Shown: positions 47,464 to 56,620, counted from the first letter of the stretch. The stretch: 64,000 nt of DNA from an uncultured Roseicyclus sp. (GCF_937892565.1 NZ_CALAHQ010000066.1:97771-161770), one strand, 5' to 3'. Translations and numbers: made by a program. The notes: a model not told the origin generated them from the letters alone.

Positions 47464-47835
47464 ATGGATGAAGCGGGGGCCCGGGCGATGGCGCAGGATT
47501 GGGTCGCGGCGTGGAATGCGCGCGATCTGGAGCGGGTGCTCGGCCATTACGCTGAGGACGTGGAGGTCTGTTCGCCCCTCGTCGTGGAGCGGCTGGGCCG
47601 GGCCGATGGCTGGCTCCGCGGCAAGGCGGAACTCCGGGCGTATTTCGCGCGCGGCATGGCAAACCCGGCACTGCGCTTCGCGCTGGTCGATGTGCGGCTG
47701 GGGGTGAATGCCGCTTGCGTGCTCTACGACCGGGAGGGGGGTGTGCGCGTGGCCGATACGGTGGAATTCGACGATGCGGGGCGGATCCGGCGGATGGTCG
47801 CCTGTTATGCGCGCGGGGCGGGGCAGGAGGGGTAA
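47464..47835 (+). CDS. NTF2/SnoaL-like small protein
   Basis: 123 aa. MAQDWVAAWNARDLERVLGHYAEDVEV is a typical SnoaL/NTF2 N-terminus. AAGGAGAG RBS upstream. Confidence 0.6.
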   Translation: MDEAGARAMAQDWVAAWNARDLERVLGHYAEDVEVCSPLVVERLGRADGWLRGKAELRAYFARGMANPALRFALVDVRLGVNAACVLYDREGGVRVADTVEFDDAGRIRRMVACYARGAGQEG

Positions 47836-47837
47836 GC

Positions 47838-49793
47838 ATGTTCGCAAAGATCCTGATCGCCAACCGGGGCGAGATCGCGTGCCGCGTGATCGACACCTGC
47901 GCGCGCATGGGGGTGGCTACGGTTGCGGTCTATTCCGATGCTGACGCGGGCGCGCGGCATGTGGCGATGGCCGATGAGGCGGTGTGGATTGGCGGGCCGC
48001 GCCCCGCCGACAGCTATCTGCGCGGCGATGCGATTATCGCCGCGGCGCTGTCGCGGGGGGCTGAGGCGATCCATCCGGGCTACGGTTTTCTGTCGGAAAA
48101 CCCTGATTTCGCCGCAGCGGTCGGGGCGGCGGGGCTGGTGTTCATCGGACCCTCGGCAGATGCAATCCGCGCGATGGGGCTGAAGGATGCGGCCAAAACC
48201 TTGATGGAGCGGGCGGGCGTGCCGATCGTTCCGGGCTATCACGGGGCCAGTCAGCATCCCGAGCATCTGGCCGGTGCAGCCGATGCCATCGGCTATCCGG
48301 TCTTGATCAAGGCGGTGGCGGGCGGCGGTGGCAAGGGGATGCGCCGGGTCGCGTGCCCTGCGGATTTCCCACAGGCTTTGGACAGTGCCAGACGCGAGGC
48401 CTTGCATGCCTTTGGCAATGATGTGGTTCTTATAGAAAAATACGTCGAACAGCCGCGTCATATCGAGGTGCAGGTCTTTGGCGATGGCATGCGCGCGGTC
48501 CATCTGTTCGAGCGCGATTGCTCGTTGCAGCGCCGCCACCAGAAGGTGATCGAAGAGGCCCCCGCCCCCGGCATGACAGCCGCGATGCGCGCCGCGATGG
48601 GGCAAGCCGCCGTGCGCGCGGCGCAGGCGATCGGATATGCCGGTGCCGGGACGGTGGAATTCATCGTGGATGGGCGTGACGGGCTGCGGCCCGACCGGTT
48701 CTGGTTCATGGAGATGAACACCCGCCTGCAGGTCGAGCATCCGGTGACCGAGGCCATCACCGGCATCGATCTGGTGGAATGGCAGGTGCGCGTGGCCGCG
48801 GGAGAACCCTTGCCCTGCGCTCAGAAGGATCTGAGGATCACCGGTCATGCCGTCGAGGCGCGGCTTTATGCCGAAGATGTGGCAAAGGGGTTCTTGCCCG
48901 CGACGGGGCGGCTTGATCATCTGCGCTTTCCCGATGGGGTGCGTGTCGAAACCGGTGTGCGGGCGGGCGACGCGATTTCGCCATGGTATGATCCGATGAT
49001 CGCCAAGATCATCGCGCAGGGGCCGACGCGGGCGCTGGCGCTGCGCAAGCTTTCCCGCGCCTTGGCGGGCACGCAGGTGGCGGGATCTGTCACGAACCTG
49101 GCGTTCCTGCGGCGGCTGTGTGAACATGCAGGCTTTGTCGCGGGCGAGGTGGACACCGGGCTGATTGCGCGCGATCTGTCCGGGTTGGTCGCGCTGCCCG
49201 AGCCTTGTGCACGCGTCAGGGTGGTGGCCGTGATGGCGGCGCTGGGGTTGACCGGGCCGCTGGGGCCGGTTGCGGGCTTTACGCTCTGGGCGCCTCTGCG
49301 CCGCACGGTGCGGCTGGCCTATGCGGGTGAGCCATTCGAAGCGGTGGCCGAGGTGATGACCGATGGCACCACCGGCGTCACGCTGGGCGACAGGGTGCAT
49401 CGGGTTGCGCGCCGCGATGGGATATGGCGGGTCGATGATGCGTCCGTCGCGGCCGACTGCGTGGTGATCGGCTCTGTGGTCACGGTGTTCTGGGGCGATG
49501 GGTTCGCGTTTGATGTTCTTGATCCGCTTGCCGTAGACACGGCGCAAGGGGGCGGTGGCGACAGGATCGAGGCGCCGATGCCCGGATTGGTGCGCGCTGT
49601 CATGGTGTCGGTGGGCGATCTGGTGGCGACTGGCGACCGGCTTGCGGTGCTGGAAGCGATGAAGATGGAGCATGCGCTGATCGCGGGCCGCGACGGGGTG
49701 GTGGCCGAGGTGCGGGTGCAACCCGGCGCGCAAGTCGCCGCGGGCGCGGTTCTGATCGTGCTTGCGGATGTGGTGGGTGGAGCGGATGGGTGA
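47838..49793 (+). CDS. mccA: methylcrotonoyl-CoA carboxylase, biotin-carrying (alpha) subunit
   Basis: 651 aa from MFAKILIANRGEIACR. Biotin carboxylase domain plus a C-terminal biotinyl motif LEAMKMEH. Confidence 0.9.
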   Translation: MFAKILIANRGEIACRVIDTCARMGVATVAVYSDADAGARHVAMADEAVWIGGPRPADSYLRGDAIIAAALSRGAEAIHPGYGFLSENPDFAAAVGAAGLVFIGPSADAIRAMGLKDAAKTLMERAGVPIVPGYHGASQHPEHLAGAADAIGYPVLIKAVAGGGGKGMRRVACPADFPQALDSARREALHAFGNDVVLIEKYVEQPRHIEVQVFGDGMRAVHLFERDCSLQRRHQKVIEEAPAPGMTAAMRAAMGQAAVRAAQAIGYAGAGTVEFIVDGRDGLRPDRFWFMEMNTRLQVEHPVTEAITGIDLVEWQVRVAAGEPLPCAQKDLRITGHAVEARLYAEDVAKGFLPATGRLDHLRFPDGVRVETGVRAGDAISPWYDPMIAKIIAQGPTRALALRKLSRALAGTQVAGSVTNLAFLRRLCEHAGFVAGEVDTGLIARDLSGLVALPEPCARVRVVAVMAALGLTGPLGPVAGFTLWAPLRRTVRLAYAGEPFEAVAEVMTDGTTGVTLGDRVHRVARRDGIWRVDDASVAADCVVIGSVVTVFWGDGFAFDVLDPLAVDTAQGGGGDRIEAPMPGLVRAVMVSVGDLVATGDRLAVLEAMKMEHALIAGRDGVVAEVRVQPGAQVAAGAVLIVLADVVGGADG

Positions 49794-50646
49794 GCACGTC
49801 GAGATCGTCGAGGTTGGGCCGCGCGATGGGCTGCAGAACGAGCCGCGGCTTATTGCGACGGCCGACAAGATCGCGCTGGTCGATGCGCTGTCGGCGGTGG
49901 GCTTTCGGCGCATCGAGGTGACGAGTTTCGTCAGCCCGAAATGGGTGCCGCAAATGGCCGACGGGGCGCAGGTTCTGGCGGGTATTCGCCGTGCGGCGGG
50001 GCTGCGCTATGGGGCGTTGGTGCCCAATCTGGCGGGTTTTGAGCGGGCCTGTGCCGCGGGGGTGGATGAAATCGCGATCTTCGCCTCGGCCTCGGAGGGG
50101 TTTTCGAAGGCCAATATCAATGTCAGCATCGCCGAAAGTCTTGCGCGTTTTGGCCCGGTTGTCGCAGCGGCGCGGGGGATCGGGATGCCGGTTCGTGGCT
50201 ATGTCAGCTGCGTGGTGGCGTGCCCCTTTGACGGGGCCGTCGACCCTGTGCAGGTGGCGGATGTGGCGCATGCGCTGTTTGCGATGGGTTGCTACGAGAT
50301 CTCGCTGGGCGACACCATCGGCGCAGGCCGGTCCGACAGCATCACGCGGATGCTCGATGCGGTGGCCCTGCGGGTGCCGGTTGGCCATCTGGCCGGGCAT
50401 TATCATGACACGGGTGGGCGTGCGTTGGAAAACATCGACGCCTCGCTTGGCCGTGGGGTCCGGGTCTTTGACGCGGCCGTGGGCGGCCTTGGGGGATGCC
50501 CCTATGCGCCGGGCGCGCCGGGCAATGTGGCCACCGAAGCGGTGGCGCGCCATCTTGCGGCACGGGGGTATGTGACGGGGCTCGATCAGGGTGCGCTTGA
50601 TGCGGCGGCGGCAATGGCACGGGGGGGGCGCGATGGACAGGCTTGA
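49786..50646 (+). CDS. hmgL: hydroxymethylglutaryl-CoA lyase
   Basis: 286 aa. EVGPRDGLQNE, SFVSPKWVPQM and GGLGGCPYAPGAPGN. Confidence 0.9.
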   Translation: MGEHVEIVEVGPRDGLQNEPRLIATADKIALVDALSAVGFRRIEVTSFVSPKWVPQMADGAQVLAGIRRAAGLRYGALVPNLAGFERACAAGVDEIAIFASASEGFSKANINVSIAESLARFGPVVAAARGIGMPVRGYVSCVVACPFDGAVDPVQVADVAHALFAMGCYEISLGDTIGAGRSDSITRMLDAVALRVPVGHLAGHYHDTGGRALENIDASLGRGVRVFDAAVGGLGGCPYAPGAPGNVATEAVARHLAARGYVTGLDQGALDAAAAMARGGRDGQA

Positions 50647-51412
50647 TGTGCAGCTCGATGGGCGTGGGGTGGCATGGCTGCGGCTGAACCGGCCTGACAA
50701 GCACAATGCGCTGGATCAGGTGATGATCCGCGAGCTGACCGAGATGGCGGGCCGGTTGGGCGATGACCCCGCCGTGCGGGTGGTGGTGCTGACGGGTGCG
50801 GGGCGGTCGTTTTGTGCCGGTGGCGATCTGGGCTGGATGCGAGCGCAGATGGCGGCCGATGCGGTGGGCCGGGCGCGGGAGGCCCAACGCCTTGCCGATA
50901 TGCTGGGGGCGCTCGACACCATGCCAAAGCCTCTGATCGGCCGGGTGCAGGGCCAAGCCTTTGGTGGCGGTTTGGGTCTGATGAGCGTGTGTGACGTGGC
51001 GATCGGGGTCGAGGGCGCGCGCTTTGGATTGACCGAGGTGCGGCTGGGGCTGATCCCGGCCACGATCGCGCCCTATGTGGTGGCCCGGATGGGGGCGGCG
51101 CGGGCGCGGCGGGTGTTTTTCTCGGGGCGGGTCTTCGATGCGGCCGAGGCGGTGGATCTGGGTCTTCTGGCGCGCGCGGTGCCTGAGGCAATGCTTGATG
51201 CCGCCATCGAGGCCGAGATCGCGCCCTATCTGGCGGCGGCCCCGGGTGCGGTCGCGGCAGGCAAGCGGCTGGTGGCGGATCTGGCATCGTCGATCGATGC
51301 GGATCAGATCGGCCTGACCGTCGCGGCCCTGATTGCGTGCTGGGAAAGCCCCGACAGCGCCGAGGGGATCGCGGCGTTCTTTGACAAGCGCAAGCCATGG
51401 TGGGAGGCTTGA
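50633..51412 (+). CDS. enoyl-CoA hydratase (probable methylglutaconyl-CoA hydratase)
   Basis: 259-aa crotonase fold (RPDKHNAL, GAGRSFCAGGDL, GQAFGGGLGL). Function assigned from the liu context. Confidence 0.8.
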   Translation: MDRLDVQLDGRGVAWLRLNRPDKHNALDQVMIRELTEMAGRLGDDPAVRVVVLTGAGRSFCAGGDLGWMRAQMAADAVGRAREAQRLADMLGALDTMPKPLIGRVQGQAFGGGLGLMSVCDVAIGVEGARFGLTEVRLGLIPATIAPYVVARMGAARARRVFFSGRVFDAAEAVDLGLLARAVPEAMLDAAIEAEIAPYLAAAPGAVAAGKRLVADLASSIDADQIGLTVAALIACWESPDSAEGIAAFFDKRKPWWEA

Positions 51413-51440
51413 GGGGGGCGCGCCGCTTGCGCGGCGCGGA

Positions 51441-51462
51441 CGAATTTTCGTACGAAAATTCG
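51441..51462. repeat. perfect 22-bp palindrome CGAATTTTCGTACGAAAATTCG
   Basis: Follows a GC hairpin (GCGCCGC-TTGC-GCGGCGC, 51420-51437) and precedes repeat copy B. Confidence 0.85.
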
Positions 51463-51497
51463 GGTGAGGCTCTGCCTCTGTCCGTTCCGGGCAGGCC

Positions 51498-51521
51498 GGA
51501 GTGTTTGGAAAGCAAAGATGG
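51498..51521 (+). repeat. dispersed intergenic repeat, copy B (GGAGTGTTTGGAAAGCAAAGATGG)
   Basis: 23 of 24 identical to copy A. It lies 16 nt upstream of the qor-like ATG. Confidence 0.8.
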
Positions 51522-51536
51522 TGAGGGACGCACAGG

Positions 51537-52514
51537 ATGAAGGCGGTTTGGTATGAGCGGTTCGGGCCCGCGGATGCGGTGTTGCAGGCGGGCGAGATGG
51601 CCGATCCGGTTGCGGGTCCGGGCGAGGTCTTGGTGCGGCTGCACGCCTCGGGGGTGAACCCGTCGGATGTGAAGCTGCGCGCCGGCGCGCGGGTGGGTGC
51701 GGTCATGGCCTATCCGCGCATCGTGCCCCATTCCGACGGGGCGGGCGTGATCGCGGCGGTGGGTCCGGGCGTGGACCGGGCCCGGATCGGGCAGCGGGTC
51801 TGGGTCTGGAATGCCGGTTGGCAACGCGCCTGTGGCACGGCCGCCGAATATGTCGCCTTGCCCGCTGAACAGGCAGTGCTGCTGCCCGATCGGGTGGGGT
51901 TTGCGCAAGGCGCCTGTTTCGGCATTCCGGCGATGACGGCGTGGTATGGGGTGATGGGCGACGGGCCGGTGGAGGGTCAGACAATTCTTGTGACCGGGGG
52001 GGCGGGCAGTGTCGGGCGCTATGCCGTGCAGATGGCGCGCGCGGCAGGCGCGCGGGTGATCGCCACTGTGTCGTCGGCTCGGAAAGCCGCGCATTCCACA
52101 GCCGAGCAATGGGTCAATTACCGCGACACAGATGTCGTCGGCGCAGTGATGGAGATAACGGGTGGGGCCGGTGTGGATCGCATCGTTGATGTCGATTTTG
52201 CCGCCAATCAGGCCGCAAGCCTTGCGCTGATCAAGCCCGGCGGCACCATAGCGGCCTATGCCAGCGCCTCTGACATGGCGCCACAGCTGTCCTTTTATCC
52301 CTTCATGTTCAAGAATGTGCGGCTGCACATGCTGATCGTGTATCAATTGGCGGGTGCGCTGCGCCGCGCGGGCGAGCGGCAAGTGACCGATTGGCTTGAG
52401 GCGGGCGTGCTCAGCCATGCGGTGGTGCCCGGCGGGGGTCTGGCCGATTGCGCCGCGGCGCATGATCTTGTGGCGTCGGGTGACAAGCTGGGCACGGTTG
52501 TGCTGGACATCTGA
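51537..52514 (+). CDS. NADPH:quinone oxidoreductase / zinc-type alcohol dehydrogenase-family protein
   Basis: 325-aa MDR fold (GEVLVRLHASGVNPSD, VTGGAGSVGRYAVQMA). Confidence 0.8.
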   Translation: MKAVWYERFGPADAVLQAGEMADPVAGPGEVLVRLHASGVNPSDVKLRAGARVGAVMAYPRIVPHSDGAGVIAAVGPGVDRARIGQRVWVWNAGWQRACGTAAEYVALPAEQAVLLPDRVGFAQGACFGIPAMTAWYGVMGDGPVEGQTILVTGGAGSVGRYAVQMARAAGARVIATVSSARKAAHSTAEQWVNYRDTDVVGAVMEITGGAGVDRIVDVDFAANQAASLALIKPGGTIAAYASASDMAPQLSFYPFMFKNVRLHMLIVYQLAGALRRAGERQVTDWLEAGVLSHAVVPGGGLADCAAAHDLVASGDKLGTVVLDI

Positions 52515-52589
52515 CCGGGCGGGCGTGCTAGCGTGGCGCGGGTGTCGCCGCGGCAAGCAGGCTGCCGTGCGCAAGCGGAGGGACAGGCA

Positions 52590-54137
52590 ATGACCGGCTA
52601 TCGCAACCTCAATGGCGCGATCGAGGTTGAAGACATCTCGATCACGCAAAAGCTGTTTCAGGGGCTTTTGGGGCGCGAGGATGCGATTGCCATCATCGAC
52701 GGGCCGACCGGTGCCGCGCTGACGGCGGGGGTGCTGATCGACCGGATCCGGCGGCTGGCGGGCGGGCTGACCGAGCGCGGTGTGTTGCCCGGTGGCACGG
52801 TGGCGATCCTTGCGCCCAACATGCCCGACTATCCGGTGGTCTTTCATGCCGTGGCATGGGGTGGTGGAACGGTGACGACCATCAACCCCAGCTACACCGC
52901 CCCCGAGATCGCCCATCAACTGGCCGACGCGGGCGCTGTGATGCTGGTCACCACACCGGCCTTTGCCGCGGTCGCGCGCTTGGCCGCGCAGGGCACGGGC
53001 GTGCGCGATGTGGTGGTCATCGGCGGGCAGGACGGCCTGACGCTCGAGGATGTCATGGGGCGCCCCCTGATGGAACAAGCCCCCATCGACCCGACACGCC
53101 ATGTTGTGGTCTTGCCCTATTCCTCGGGCACGACGGGGCGGCCCAAGGGTGTGATGCTCAGCCATCGCAATCTGGTCGCCAATGTCACACAAGCCGGGGC
53201 GGTGGCACAGATCACGCCCGAGGATGTGGCCATCGCCTTTTTGCCGTTCTTTCACATCTACGGCATGACGGTCTTGATGAACCTGTTCTTGCAGCAAAAG
53301 GCGCGGCTGGTGACGATGCCGCGCTTTGATCTGGAACAGTTCCTCGGGCTGATCGAGACGCATCGCGCCACGCGGCTCTACATCGTGCCGCCGGTGGCGC
53401 TGGCGCTTGCCAAGCACCCGCTGGTTGATCGGTTCGATGTCTCATCGGTGGTCGAGATCTTTTCGGGGGCCGCCCCCCTTGGGCCCGAGACGGAACAGGC
53501 CGTGGGCGCACGCTTTGGGGCGCGCGCGGTGCAGGGCTATGGCATGACCGAAATGAGCCCGATTTCGCACATGTCCGCGCCCGGTCACATGCGCCAGGGC
53601 AGCAGCGGGCGCGCCGTGCCCCTGACCGAGTGCCGCATCATCGACCCCGCCACGCTTGCCGATCTGCCGCCGGGCAGCGAGGGGGAATTGTGGGTGCGCG
53701 GGCCGCAAGTGATGTTGGGCTATCTCAACAACCCACACGCCACCTCCGAAAGCCTGACGCCCGAGGGATGGTTGCGCACGGGCGATCTGGCCGTCATCGA
53801 TGAGGATGGCTTCATGTTCATCCGCGATCGGCTGAAGGAGCTGATCAAGGTCAAGGGCTTTCAGGTCGCCCCGGCCGAGGTGGAGGCGGCCCTTTGCGCC
53901 CATCCCGGGGTGGTCGATGCCGCCGTCGTGGGCCGACCCGACCCGGAGGCGGGCGAGCGGCCCGTGGCCTTTGTCGTGCGCGCGGCGGGGGCAGAACCGG
54001 GCGAGACAGAGTTGCAGGCCCATCTCGCAGGCTGCCTTGCGCATTACAAGCACCCCGCCGAATATCGCTTTGTCGCAAGCGTGCCCAAAAGCGCGTCGGG
54101 CAAGATCCTGAGGCGGGAGTTGCGGGCGGGGCTGTAA
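52590..54137 (+). CDS. AMP-dependent acyl-CoA ligase (4-coumarate/long-chain fatty-acid CoA-ligase-like)
   Basis: 515 aa from MTGYRNLNG (GGAGGGA RBS). AMP-binding motif LPYSSGTTGRPKGV, then GYGMTE, and a C-terminal SGKILRR. Confidence 0.85.
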   Translation: MTGYRNLNGAIEVEDISITQKLFQGLLGREDAIAIIDGPTGAALTAGVLIDRIRRLAGGLTERGVLPGGTVAILAPNMPDYPVVFHAVAWGGGTVTTINPSYTAPEIAHQLADAGAVMLVTTPAFAAVARLAAQGTGVRDVVVIGGQDGLTLEDVMGRPLMEQAPIDPTRHVVVLPYSSGTTGRPKGVMLSHRNLVANVTQAGAVAQITPEDVAIAFLPFFHIYGMTVLMNLFLQQKARLVTMPRFDLEQFLGLIETHRATRLYIVPPVALALAKHPLVDRFDVSSVVEIFSGAAPLGPETEQAVGARFGARAVQGYGMTEMSPISHMSAPGHMRQGSSGRAVPLTECRIIDPATLADLPPGSEGELWVRGPQVMLGYLNNPHATSESLTPEGWLRTGDLAVIDEDGFMFIRDRLKELIKVKGFQVAPAEVEAALCAHPGVVDAAVVGRPDPEAGERPVAFVVRAAGAEPGETELQAHLAGCLAHYKHPAEYRFVASVPKSASGKILRRELRAGL

Positions 54138-54302
54138 GGCTGACGTCAGGCGGGCCTGCACGCTTTTGCAATTATGTCTCTGCACACAATGGTGCGGCGC
54201 GTCCCGGCAGTCGGTTGACGCGGCGTGGCGGCGATGCTTTGCTATGCTCCGAAGCCAGAACCTTCCCCTCAAAAGAAAAGGCTGCAACCGCTTGAGGCAG
54301 AA

Positions 54303-55054
54303 ATGAAACTGGATTTGCGCGAGCTTCCGGCGATGGTCGTGTCCCTGCCCGCGGAAACCCGCCGCCGCGCGCATGTCACCGATCATTTCGGAGCGCTGGG
54401 CATTTCGTTCGAGTTCATCGACGGCGTAGTGGGCGAGCGCAAGATCCGCAATGTCGCCATCGCCCATCGCAACGCTTTCGACGCCGCCAAGGGCCTGCCT
54501 TTCATGGTCTTCGAGGATGATGTGGTCTTTTGCGGCAAGGATCTGGTGCTTAGGGATGTGCCAGAAGACGCGGATATCGTCTATCTTGGCAAGAACGACG
54601 ACGGCTGTCTGCCGAACGTACCGGAATATTCCGACAGATTCGGCCATCGCTCGCTGGCAAACCTAGCGCTGGCCAGCCGGCATGATGCCAGCTGGCTGCG
54701 GCTGCATTCAATGGTATCGGCCCATGCCATCCTGATCATCAGCGAGCGTGGAAACCGGGAATTCCGTGAGGCGCAGCGGATATCGAAGAACCGGATACGC
54801 CACTCGACGTGCGCTATGCCTATCTGATGCCAAGGTTGAACGTCTACACGCCGTACCTTCCGCTGTTCATCGAAAACCCGGCGCTGCAACCCGCGCAAAA
54901 GGCGACGGGGCGGCGCGTGAACATCACGCATGGTGCCTTGCCGCAGGCCAAGCTGGGCGATGTGCGCCATACGCACAAGCGTGGCGAACCCCTGAGCGTT
55001 CAGGTCGTAGAGACCGCGGCCGGACGGCTGGAATGGGATCTGATCGAGATCTGA
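54303..55054 (+). pseudogene. GT25-like (GT-A, EDD motif) glycosyltransferase interrupted by an apparent 1-nt frameshift
   Basis: The N-terminal 2/3 is in one frame (MKLDLRELPAMVVSLPAETRRRAHV...MVFEDDVVF...HAILIISERG). The C-terminal part (EEPDTPLDVRYAYLMPRLNVYTPYLPLFIENP...) continues in the -1 frame after about 54770. Combined length is about 250 aa. Confidence 0.5.
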
Positions 55055-55060
55055 GGCCGA

Positions 55061-55840
55061 TCAGGCGATCAGCACCTCGAGCGGAAAGCGGTGTTCGCTC
55101 CGCAGCGCCTGTTCGACGGCCGCCTTGTCCGCCAGATCCGGGCTGGTGAAACGCAGGGTCCTTTTGTCGGGGAGCGCGGCGAGACTGGCCATGTGCCTGT
55201 CGACGTAAGGCGTTTGCCAGTCGTAATCAGCCCGTTTGCGGTGGCCGAGCGCCTTTTGCAGGTTTTTGGGATGAAAGGAGATATAGGCTGTTACATGCGG
55301 CTCTGCGAGGAGCTGGGCGATATGCGGCACAAGGTCGTATTCGCCACCCTCGATGTCGATCTTGAGAAATATTGGTTGGCCGGGGGTCGCGTGGGTTTTC
55401 AGCACGGTCTCGAGACGAGTTGTTTCCACCTCCCAACTTGTCCGTCGATCAGCGAAAAGCGCACTCGAGCGGCTGTCGCCCCCCGCCCGCTGACTGCCGA
55501 GGCGGAAGGGTTCGCCATTGGCTGAAATCGCGGTCTGGCAGATCTTCAGGCGGTGGGCCCAATCCGCGCCACGGTTCAGCTCAAGGTTTCGCGACAGACG
55601 TTCGAAGGCCACGGGGTCGGGTTCAAAGGCCACGACCTGCGCCGCGTTGTGCGCGGCATAAAGTGATGTCGGGCCGATCCAGGCGCCGATGTCGAGCATC
55701 AGCGTGTCGGGCGTGATATGGGCATCGAAGATATCGAAGGTTTCCGCTTCCCACGTGCCGCCGACGACCTTGGCCCAGAACTGTTCATATGGAGAAGGAT
55801 CGACGGAAAACGTCGCACCGCGTATGGTCACCACCTGCAT
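55061..55840 (-). CDS. FkbM-family methyltransferase
   Basis: 259 aa. LMLDIGAWIGPTSLYAA...VVAFEPDP and FLKIDIEGGEYDL are typical of the Methyltransf_21/FkbM family. Confidence 0.75.
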   Translation of the reverse strand: MQVVTIRGATFSVDPSPYEQFWAKVVGGTWEAETFDIFDAHITPDTLMLDIGAWIGPTSLYAAHNAAQVVAFEPDPVAFERLSRNLELNRGADWAHRLKICQTAISANGEPFRLGSQRAGGDSRSSALFADRRTSWEVETTRLETVLKTHATPGQPIFLKIDIEGGEYDLVPHIAQLLAEPHVTAYISFHPKNLQKALGHRKRADYDWQTPYVDRHMASLAALPDKRTLRFTSPDLADKAAVEQALRSEHRFPLEVLIA

Positions 55841-55928
55841 TCTTCACCTGCCCGCTGCCCTTGGCCCCGGCGCCCAGCATAGCATGGGGCGCCGGTCCGA
55901 GGAAGCCGCGGGGCCGCGCGTGTGCGCC

Positions 55929-56516
55929 TCACTGTACGCGGCGCGCCATCATCTCATGCACGGCCGCCATGCCGCGATCGACCATGGCTGTGACCTCGGC
56001 GGCATGGGTGTGCAGCGCCGCCACCAGCTCTGGGTCGTCCGTGGTCTGGATGACCACGACGCCCGCTTCGGTGATCTCGATGCTGGTGTTCAGCCTGTCG
56101 CCGCGCGCAAAGAAAATGTCGAGCGTGGGGCTTTGGATGAAGATCTGCGGGTCGCGCCCTTGTTCGACGCGTCCGATCATGCCGGCCACGTGCGAGATCA
56201 ATGCCTCCATCACCTGTGGATCCTCGGACGCGGTCACGGTGCGGATACCATCGGGCAGGTTTTCGACCGTTCGGGTGATCGCCGTGAAGTTCTGGAACAT
56301 CACCGCCAATTCCGCGCTTTCCTCGGGCGTGGCATCAAGCCCGCGCAGACCCGGCATATTGGCCATGTCATGCCCCATCATCCCGCCCGCGCCGTGCTGG
56401 TGCAGCCCATGGCCATGGCCCGCCATCTGGGCCAGCGCCCCGCCTTGCCAGGCCCAGACCACGGTCGCACCAAGGGCGGCGAGCAAGGAAAGCGCGAGAC
56501 GTCCGGGGATCGGCAT
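55929..56516 (-). CDS. hypothetical periplasmic protein with an N-terminal His/Met-rich tract
   Basis: Signal peptide (...WQGGALA-QM), then MAGHGHGLHQHGAGGMMGHDMANM. GAGGTGG RBS. The remaining ~135 aa match no family I recognise. Confidence 0.55.
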   Translation of the reverse strand: MPIPGRLALSLLAALGATVVWAWQGGALAQMAGHGHGLHQHGAGGMMGHDMANMPGLRGLDATPEESAELAVMFQNFTAITRTVENLPDGIRTVTASEDPQVMEALISHVAGMIGRVEQGRDPQIFIQSPTLDIFFARGDRLNTSIEITEAGVVVIQTTDDPELVAALHTHAAEVTAMVDRGMAAVHEMMARRVQ

Positions 56517-56620
56517 CGGTTAACCCACCTCATGATGATTGCCATTGTTATCTATCCCATGGCGGTGCCCCACGTCCATGACGGATCGGCCCGCTCCCCG
56601 ATTTGCCGCACCCCGCCCGG

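Noticed and set aside
50586-53417. Very long ORFs antisense to annotated genes, for example 943 aa at 50586..53417(-), 702 aa at 47805..49913(-), 751 aa at 58197..60452(-), 613 aa at 62034..63875(-), 579 aa at 10219..11958(+) and 722 aa at 24093..26261(-).
   Set aside because: Their translations are Arg/Pro/Gly/His-rich low-complexity strings with no recognisable motifs. They lie exactly opposite genes with strong family signatures. Stop-codon depletion on the antisense strand is expected in GC-rich DNA.
56534-56552. GATGATTGCCATTGTTATC resembles a Fur box (about 12 of 19 positions match the E. coli consensus on the reverse strand).
   Set aside because: It is not palindromic, the match is weak, and alphaproteobacterial Fur/Mur/Zur/Irr motifs differ. 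It is mentioned only as an AT-rich patch under the His/Met-protein finding.
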